DNA from: an uncultured Verrucomicrobiae bacterium
GTDB taxonomy: Bacteria > Verrucomicrobiota > Verrucomicrobiia > Chthoniobacterales > JAFAMB01
Assembly: GCA_963762565.1 (NCBI GenBank)
Contig: CAVXLD010000003.1
Span: 640,001-704,000, forward strand
Direction of reading: 5' to 3'
Length of the DNA: 64,000 bases
The notes under the pieces: model-generated
Told to the model about the DNA's origin: nothing
The model's input: only the letters and a program-made list of their open reading frames with translations
Database searches by the model: none
Translations under genes and position numbers: made by a program
Shown here: in pieces, positions 58,253 to 64,000 of the stretch
Layout of the letters: each line of letters opens with the position of its first letter
Numbering within the stretch: the first letter of the stretch is position 1

Positions 58253-59119
58253 ATGAAAGTAACGAGCGGGCAAAAAGTTGTGGATAACGATAACACGCTC
58301 ATTTTCCTTCACTTGCCAAAATGCGGGGGCACGACGCTGAATCGGATTATTGAATGGGAGTACGATCCGTTACGCATTTTCAGCATTGATCCGATATTTT
58401 TTCTTTGGTCTTACCAAAAGTTAAATCGTTGGCCCGCCAGCCGGCTGGCCCGGATGCAAGTCCTTAAAGGTCACATGCCTTTCGGCATTCACACTCGGCT
58501 GCCGCAACCGTCCACTTATATCACTTTTTTGCGTGACCCGGTTGAACGGGTGATCTCAGCCTATTACTTTGCTCGAAACTATTTCCTGCATCCCAAGCAT
58601 CGGTGGGTGAGTAAATTGACTCTTGAGGAGTACGTTCGGCAGTCTCCCAATCACAACGTGCAATGCAAATATCTCTCGGGCCGACCGTTTGTGGGCGACT
58701 ATCATGCGGGAGATTGCACGAGCGAAATGCTGGAAACGGCCAAGGCGAATCTCGACCAGCACTTTTCGCTAGTGGGACTGACAGAGCGTTTCGACGAAGG
58801 TCTGGCCATTCTGAAAATCATTTTTGGGTGGCAGATCGCCAAATACGCGAAGTTTAACGTTACGAAGACCCGGCTTAAAAAGACCAGTTTGCCAGCCAGT
58901 ACGGTGGATTTAGTCAGCGAACGGAATCAGTTCGACGTGGCGCTGTATGAGTACGGCGTCCCGATTTTTAACGAGACTCGGGCGCACTATGGAGACGAGG
59001 TTCAAAAGCAAATCGATCTGATCTCTCAAGCGAAAGCGTTAAGTAAATTGGAGTCGATGTATTATTTCGGCGCTTCCGCGGCTCGCAAGGCGATCAGTCG
59101 GGTCCACTCCGCGCTGTAG
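58253..59119 (+). CDS. PAPS-dependent sulfotransferase (tandem paralog)
   Basis: LHLPKCGGTT, FLRDPVERVISAY, VGLTERF. Confidence 0.9.
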   Translation: MKVTSGQKVVDNDNTLIFLHLPKCGGTTLNRIIEWEYDPLRIFSIDPIFFLWSYQKLNRWPASRLARMQVLKGHMPFGIHTRLPQPSTYITFLRDPVERVISAYYFARNYFLHPKHRWVSKLTLEEYVRQSPNHNVQCKYLSGRPFVGDYHAGDCTSEMLETAKANLDQHFSLVGLTERFDEGLAILKIIFGWQIAKYAKFNVTKTRLKKTSLPASTVDLVSERNQFDVALYEYGVPIFNETRAHYGDEVQKQIDLISQAKALSKLESMYYFGASAARKAISRVHSAL

Positions 59120-59331
59120 TATGGTTCGCATGCTTAACTAGTGCAGTAAGTTCGTGACTTGTATAGCAAACCGCTAAGGAACAAGTTCAAAAGCTCGATG
59201 AGCGGGACGAGGAACAAGATCCGCCATCTCAGGGGGGCAGCGGAGGTTCTGCTATTGGCAAATACTCCAAGAATCGGGTCAAGTTCGGTTGTTGTGCTTG
59301 ATAGTATTCAGAGCATTTGGAATCTGTCTTA

Positions 59332-60642
59332 ATGCCAAATAGGACTTCGAAGTTTGCATTTGCCTTTTTGTTCAGTTCCTTTTTTGCCTTCATTGCTGTA
59401 CTCGCGGATCGTGCTCAATCCCAGCAGGTTCTCCTGTGGTTCCCAATGAATGGCAAGAGCTATTTCGTGTTGGGAGCGAATTATCCTTGGTACAATGGCT
59501 TTCGCGGCCTAGATCTCGGCCCTTATTTGGGTACGAAGACGATTGCCACCGTCGCTTACGCTACGCCGAAGGAGGGAAAAAGGGGTAATGCCGAGGTCTG
59601 GGAAAACGGGCACGATCTTCAACGGCCCTCAATTCCTATCCGCACCGGCACAACTGGCTTTAACGCCGACGGCATTAAGGCGCAGCTTCAGGACGCGCGC
59701 TCTGTGGGTATTCATGCGTTACGGTGGTTCTTTGGCGATGATGGTAGGTCGTTCATAATTTTCGACGGGCATGACAATTGCACGGGAATCGATAAGACGG
59801 CTCTCCAAAATGTCGATCGCGTCCTTGCTCTGGCCCAAAGCAACCAGGTCTATATCGTGCCGGTGCTGTTTGATTTCAGATTCATTTGCGGTGACCACTG
59901 GCTGAGATATGAGGACGGATCGTCCGGGCTAGGTCAAGGTCATGCAGAAGTGATCCGCGACTCCGCAAAAAGAAGATTATTGATCGAGAACTTTATTAAG
60001 CCTCTGGTGAAACGGTGCGCAAGTTCGAGCGCCGTTTTGTATTGGGAGATTATGAATGAAGCCGGCAACGTTGTTCAGGGGACCGATCCGGTAACGGGCT
60101 TTACGATGGGTGGACCCGGAAAGGTCTCGAATCATCCCAATGTTTCCGTCGTGGAGATGCAGACCTTTATGAACGAAGTTTATGATGCCATCAAGAGTGT
60201 CGATCAAGCGCATCTCGTTATGCCTTCGGGCCTTGGAAGGCCTTGGCAGCTACCCCTAGTCGTGGGCCGAGTCAAAGCCGATCTTTTTGGGGCCCACTAC
60301 AATGATGATGGGAATACAGACTATGGGACAGTCCAATCGGTGGCAAATATCAAGAGCAACCTGTTCAGAAAATTCGGGCTTGTATTGGATAAGCCGCTCA
60401 TCATGACAGAGGGGACTTCGCAAATGGAGGGGCATCTCGATTACTATGTAAGAAGCGCTTTTGACGGGGGTTGGGCTGGCTATCTTGCATGGTCCTACTA
60501 CAGTCTTGTCGGTCTTAATAACTTTAACCGGTACCCGCGTATCGTTGTATCCAAGGATGGCCGGGCCGGGTCTTCGGTAAATATCGATTTTTACCGTATG
60601 TTCAACCGGGATCACGAGAGCGCAGTTAGGATCGGACAGTGA
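59332..60642 (+). CDS. Exported GH5-like glycoside hydrolase
   Basis: Signal peptide, VLGANYPW, ALRWF, acid/base WEIMNE, nucleophile PLIMTE. Confidence 0.78.
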   Translation: MPNRTSKFAFAFLFSSFFAFIAVLADRAQSQQVLLWFPMNGKSYFVLGANYPWYNGFRGLDLGPYLGTKTIATVAYATPKEGKRGNAEVWENGHDLQRPSIPIRTGTTGFNADGIKAQLQDARSVGIHALRWFFGDDGRSFIIFDGHDNCTGIDKTALQNVDRVLALAQSNQVYIVPVLFDFRFICGDHWLRYEDGSSGLGQGHAEVIRDSAKRRLLIENFIKPLVKRCASSSAVLYWEIMNEAGNVVQGTDPVTGFTMGGPGKVSNHPNVSVVEMQTFMNEVYDAIKSVDQAHLVMPSGLGRPWQLPLVVGRVKADLFGAHYNDDGNTDYGTVQSVANIKSNLFRKFGLVLDKPLIMTEGTSQMEGHLDYYVRSAFDGGWAGYLAWSYYSLVGLNNFNRYPRIVVSKDGRAGSSVNIDFYRMFNRDHESAVRIGQ

Positions 60643-60710
60643 CAGACGAGAATTCGCGGGGACGCGGCCAAGTAGGTCACACTGTCCGCTCACGTACGTA
60701 AGAATGCGTA

Positions 60711-60919
60711 TCCTCGACCATCCCGAATTACTGGGAGTACGCGAGCAAGTTCACGCTATGTGACGCTTTCTTTTCGGCATTAACGGGTCCAAGTTTCCCG
60801 AACCACATGTGATGCAAAGCAGCTTTGGCAGAATTGCGCGATCATCGTGATGTGGGACGACTATGGTGGTTTCTACGATCATGTGCCGCCGGTTCAAATC
60901 GATGAGTGTGGCTTCGGCA
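60711..60919 (+). pseudogene. Internally deleted remnant of a phosphoesterase paralog
   Basis: SSTIPNYWEYASKFTLCDAFF...PNH joined to WQNCAIIVMWDDYGGFYDHVPPVQ; matches about 61725-61820 and 62184-62294 of the next gene. Confidence 0.85.
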
Positions 60920-61049
60920 AGATGGCAGCCAGGAAGCCCTGAAACTCAAATAGAATTAGAAACTGGATTTTCTTGTGACTGAAAGAGAAGCCCCTCGCCG
61001 ACCCCTGTCGATTCGGCTTTGATCATGTCTTCACCAATTTTGACGGAGG

Positions 61050-62540
61050 ATGTTGGAGACTATGCGTTCCTATTTATTGCGAACAGCGCGGGGCCTCGTG
61101 AGTGGAACAGAACATTGCTGGTGCGGAAGGCTGGCCGCCTTAGTTGTTGTCGGATTGCTGTTTCTACTTCCGCGCGTGAATGCGCAGAGCTCGGCTATCC
61201 CGATCGAACACTTCATCTATATCATTCAGGAGAATCATTCGTTCGATAATTATTTCGGCACCTTTCCCGGTGCGAACGGAATTCCCGCCGGTACTCTGCT
61301 TCCGGATTATCCAGGAGGCCCCCTCACGAGAAAGCCTTTTCTTACCCATCTAACGAGCGTCCCCCACGATCTTACGCATTCCTGGGTAGCGGGAAAAATT
61401 GCGTATGATAATGGCGCTATGGATGGGTTTCTTTGGGCGGAATGGCCGTTGGGTTTACGATATTATGGACAAGGCGTCCCCACGCCGGCGCCCGATCCTA
61501 ATCTGGTCCGTATTCGACCTAAACCGAGAAATCAGGCGCGGGCGGCGACAGGAGCGATGCAGGAGGTTCTTTCTCCTCTCGGTTTTGCTGATGATGAGGA
61601 CGATGATGCTCCTCAGGTAGAAGAGCAGAACGAGGCCATACTGGCGTCCGAGCCCTATCGGAGCGGCCCACCCAATGTTAACGAGCGGCCTAGCTGGGTG
61701 ATCTATTCAATCAGCTACTTGGATTCCTCGACCATCCCGAATTATTGGGAGTATGCCCGCAAGTTCACGTTGTGTGACCGATTTTTTACTTCACTAGCGG
61801 GTCCAAGCGCACCGAACCACTTGTATGCTGTCGCCGCGCAATCCGGAGGGCTGGTCACAGATTTCGGGCATGGAAATATTGCGGATTTCAGCTTTCCAAG
61901 CATCATTGAGCTGCTGAGGCAATCCAGCGTGACTTGGAAGTACTACTCAGGGTCGGGTAGTCCATATGAGGTGGGTATTTGGAAACCAATGCCGGGGTTC
62001 AAAAAGTTTGCCAATGACTCGACCTTGAACTCGCATCTTGGTCGAACGGAGAAGTTCTACGAAGACCTGAAAAACGGTACCCTTCCCCAGGTTTGCTGGC
62101 TGGTGCCTCCAGGAGCCCTCAGCGAACACCCACCCCGTGATGTTCAGAAAGGGATGTGGTATGTTACAGAGTTAATCAACGCAGTGATGCGAAGCCGTTA
62201 CTGGAAGAACTGCACGATCATAGTGACCTGGGACGATTCAGGCGGCTTCTATGATCATGTGCCGCCGGTTCAAACCGATGAGTACGGCTTCGGCATTCGC
62301 GTCCCCGCGCTGGTGATCTCTCCCTATTCTAACAGGGGGGTGGTTCATACCCATTACGATCTGACGTCTCCCCTGAAATTAATCGAGACGAAATTTGGGC
62401 TTCCCCCGCTGACCGCACGGGACGCGATGTCTAACACAATGCTGGAATGCTTCGATTTCACGCAAACACCGTTACCTCCGGTTATCATCACGCGAGAGAC
62501 TCAACTTGACTTTAGCGACATGGTAACCACGAAGCCATAA
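61050..62540 (+). CDS. Phospholipase C / acid phosphatase (AcpA-like phosphoesterase)
   Basis: IEHFIYIIQENHSFDNYFG, GPSAPNH, SEHPP, TWDDSGGFYDHVPP, GIRVPALVISPY. Confidence 0.9.
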   Translation: MLETMRSYLLRTARGLVSGTEHCWCGRLAALVVVGLLFLLPRVNAQSSAIPIEHFIYIIQENHSFDNYFGTFPGANGIPAGTLLPDYPGGPLTRKPFLTHLTSVPHDLTHSWVAGKIAYDNGAMDGFLWAEWPLGLRYYGQGVPTPAPDPNLVRIRPKPRNQARAATGAMQEVLSPLGFADDEDDDAPQVEEQNEAILASEPYRSGPPNVNERPSWVIYSISYLDSSTIPNYWEYARKFTLCDRFFTSLAGPSAPNHLYAVAAQSGGLVTDFGHGNIADFSFPSIIELLRQSSVTWKYYSGSGSPYEVGIWKPMPGFKKFANDSTLNSHLGRTEKFYEDLKNGTLPQVCWLVPPGALSEHPPRDVQKGMWYVTELINAVMRSRYWKNCTIIVTWDDSGGFYDHVPPVQTDEYGFGIRVPALVISPYSNRGVVHTHYDLTSPLKLIETKFGLPPLTARDAMSNTMLECFDFTQTPLPPVIITRETQLDFSDMVTTKP

Positions 62541-62656
62541 GTAGGGGCGAACGCGCCGATGTTTTGATTTTGCGCAGACTCGGCGGGAGCAAGGGGTTGG
62601 AGTAGCTATCGACTGGCCAAAGCTGTCGGAGTAAGTTAGTCGACGGTGAGCAATTC

Positions 62657-63317
62657 GGGCTGCAGCCATACCGCTCGCGCTTTTACATGGCTAGTTATGA
62701 CCCGGAATTTGAAGAAAAAGCCGCCGACATTATTGGCTTATACCTTCAGCCACCGCAGCATGCGGCAGTCTTCTGCGTCGATGAGAAAAGCGCTATCCAG
62801 GCCCTTGATCGGTTGGATCCAGTCCTGCCGCTTTCGCCCGGACGGGCCGAACGCCACGGTTTCGAGTACTATCGGCATGGCACTCTTTCACTCTATGCCG
62901 CGCTCAACGTTCAACCCGGAGAAGTACTCGGCAAGGCCAGCCCGCGCCATACCAGCGCCGAGTTCGTTGACTTCCTCGGCCAAATCGTTTGCTAGTCAAC
63001 CTTCCGATCGCGCAATCCACGTGATCGCCGACAATTTAGGCGCCCATAAAACCAAGCAAGTCTTTAGCTTCCTAGAGGCTCATCCCAACCTCCGCCTTCA
63101 CTACACCCCAACCTATTCCTCTTGGCTCAATCAAGTCGAAATCTGGTTTTCCAAGATTCAACGCCACGTCATCACCGGAGGGGTCTTCACTTCGGTCAAT
63201 GACCTGGCGCGCAAGCTCATGCGCTACATCCGCACCTATAATCAGACTTCTACACCGATCCGCTGGATCTACAAGACCTCACAAAAAGAATCGAGCCAGC
63301 TGCTATATGAGCATTAA
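62657..63317 (+). pseudogene. IS630-family transposase, 5'-truncated and frameshifted
   Basis: FCVDEKSAIQAL, EYYRHGTLSLYAAL, frameshift at ATCGTTTGCTAG (about 62990), HVIADNL, PTYSSWLNQVEIWF; the N-terminal HTH is absent. Confidence 0.9.
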
Positions 63318-63610
63318 ACTTACTGCACTAGGGCCTACGAAAAACTGGCCGGGCTGCCAAACTTTTGCAAATAAAGATGTTCTTTCGTGGTTACTTCTTG
63401 ACCCCGGGAACCGCTCTTTTTTATTCTCCCGGGGACAGTTTAAGTTTCAGATATGCGCGGAACGAGATTAGAAGGACTCGAGGTTGCTGAACGGAACACC
63501 GGTCGGCCGAGGATGGCGCCGAACCGGCACTCAACATCAGGAATTGAGTGGATGAATCTGTGCTCATCGACCAACGAAAACGACTTCGACCATCGGACAA
63601 TCACGTGGCC

Positions 63611-64000
63611 GTGAAATGGTGGAACCGGGGCCGCCGCCGAGCCATGGTTATCGGCCTGGACTGTGCCGAGCCAGAGCTAGTATTTGAGCGTTGGTTGGAT
63701 CGGCTCCCCAACATTCGTTCTGTCATTCAGCAAGGCGCATACGGGCCGCTGCGGTCATGCGACCCGCCGATCACCGTACCGGCATGGGCCGTCATGACGT
63801 CTTCCAAGAAGCCCGGTACGCTCGGCGTCTATGGCTTTCGTAATCGAGCCGACCATTCTTACGATAAGCACTTAATCGCTAACTCCACGGCTATCAAAGT
63901 CGATCGGGTTTGGGATATACTTTCGCGGCACGGCAAAAAAGTCATTCTGATAGGGATACCGCAGACCTTTCCGCCCATGGCGGTCAACGGAATACTGGTT
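63611..64000 (+). CDS. Second alkaline-phosphatase-superfamily (phosphodiesterase) protein, partial
   Basis: Hand translation MKWWNRGRRRAMVIGLDCAEPELVF...PPITVPAWAVMTSSKKPG...; runs off the window end and is absent from the ORF track. Confidence 0.85.
   Translation, partial: MKWWNRGRRRAMVIGLDCAEPELVFERWLDRLPNIRSVIQQGAYGPLRSCDPPITVPAWAVMTSSKKPGTLGVYGFRNRADHSYDKHLIANSTAIKVDRVWDILSRHGKKVILIGIPQTFPPMAVNGILV

Larger units (their letters stand above)
59138..63331. mobile_element. IS630-derived element bounded by terminal inverted repeats and enclosing cargo genes
   Basis: CTAGTGCAGTAAGTT-N9-TATAGCA at 59138-59168 is the inverse of TGCTATA-N9-AACTTACTGCACTAG at 63301-63331; a transposase remnant abuts the right end. 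Confidence 0.72.

Noticed and set aside
62980..63000. Programmed frameshift in the IS630 transposase
   Set aside because: The shift lies inside the DDE domain with no clear slippery motif, the HTH is missing, and a second probable shift occurs near 63271. Decay or sequencing error is more likely.
1..64000. tRNA, rRNA or a named riboswitch
   Set aside because: None recognised by eye; a covariance-model search is needed to exclude them.

Overview
Bacterial chromosomal window. Gene content and protein style suggest Verrucomicrobiota, possibly Chthoniobacterales-like; this is inference only. In order: trpE and hisI; a respiratory operon fusing a caa3-type oxidase with a bcc-type Rieske/cytochrome b complex and a CtaG-ferredoxin fusion (2.4-12.7 kb); AsmA-like, Nudix and GNAT genes; a LacI-dhaL-dhaK-fba-HAD catabolic unit; murJ, DedA, a PagL-like barrel, 3-hydroxyacyl-CoA dehydrogenase and 5-oxoprolinase; a duplicated desaturase + small EamA-pair module with a GNAT and an arginase-fold gene (31.7-39 kb); ilvA, a peroxiredoxin and acnA; and a probable sulfated-glycan synthesis/export cluster (44.7 kb to the end). 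That cluster is interrupted by a 4.2-kb segment bounded by IS630-type terminal inverted repeats, carrying two hydrolase genes and a broken transposase. Many intergenic gaps before 41 kb hold palindromic elements of two kinds: arms of 7/8/9-nt tandem repeats that nest inside one another, and REP-like doublets with constant-length (about 62-70 nt) divergent loops. Several of these supply the stop codons of neighbouring genes. No rRNA, tRNA or CRISPR array was recognised. Starts were refined by eye and no database searches were run.
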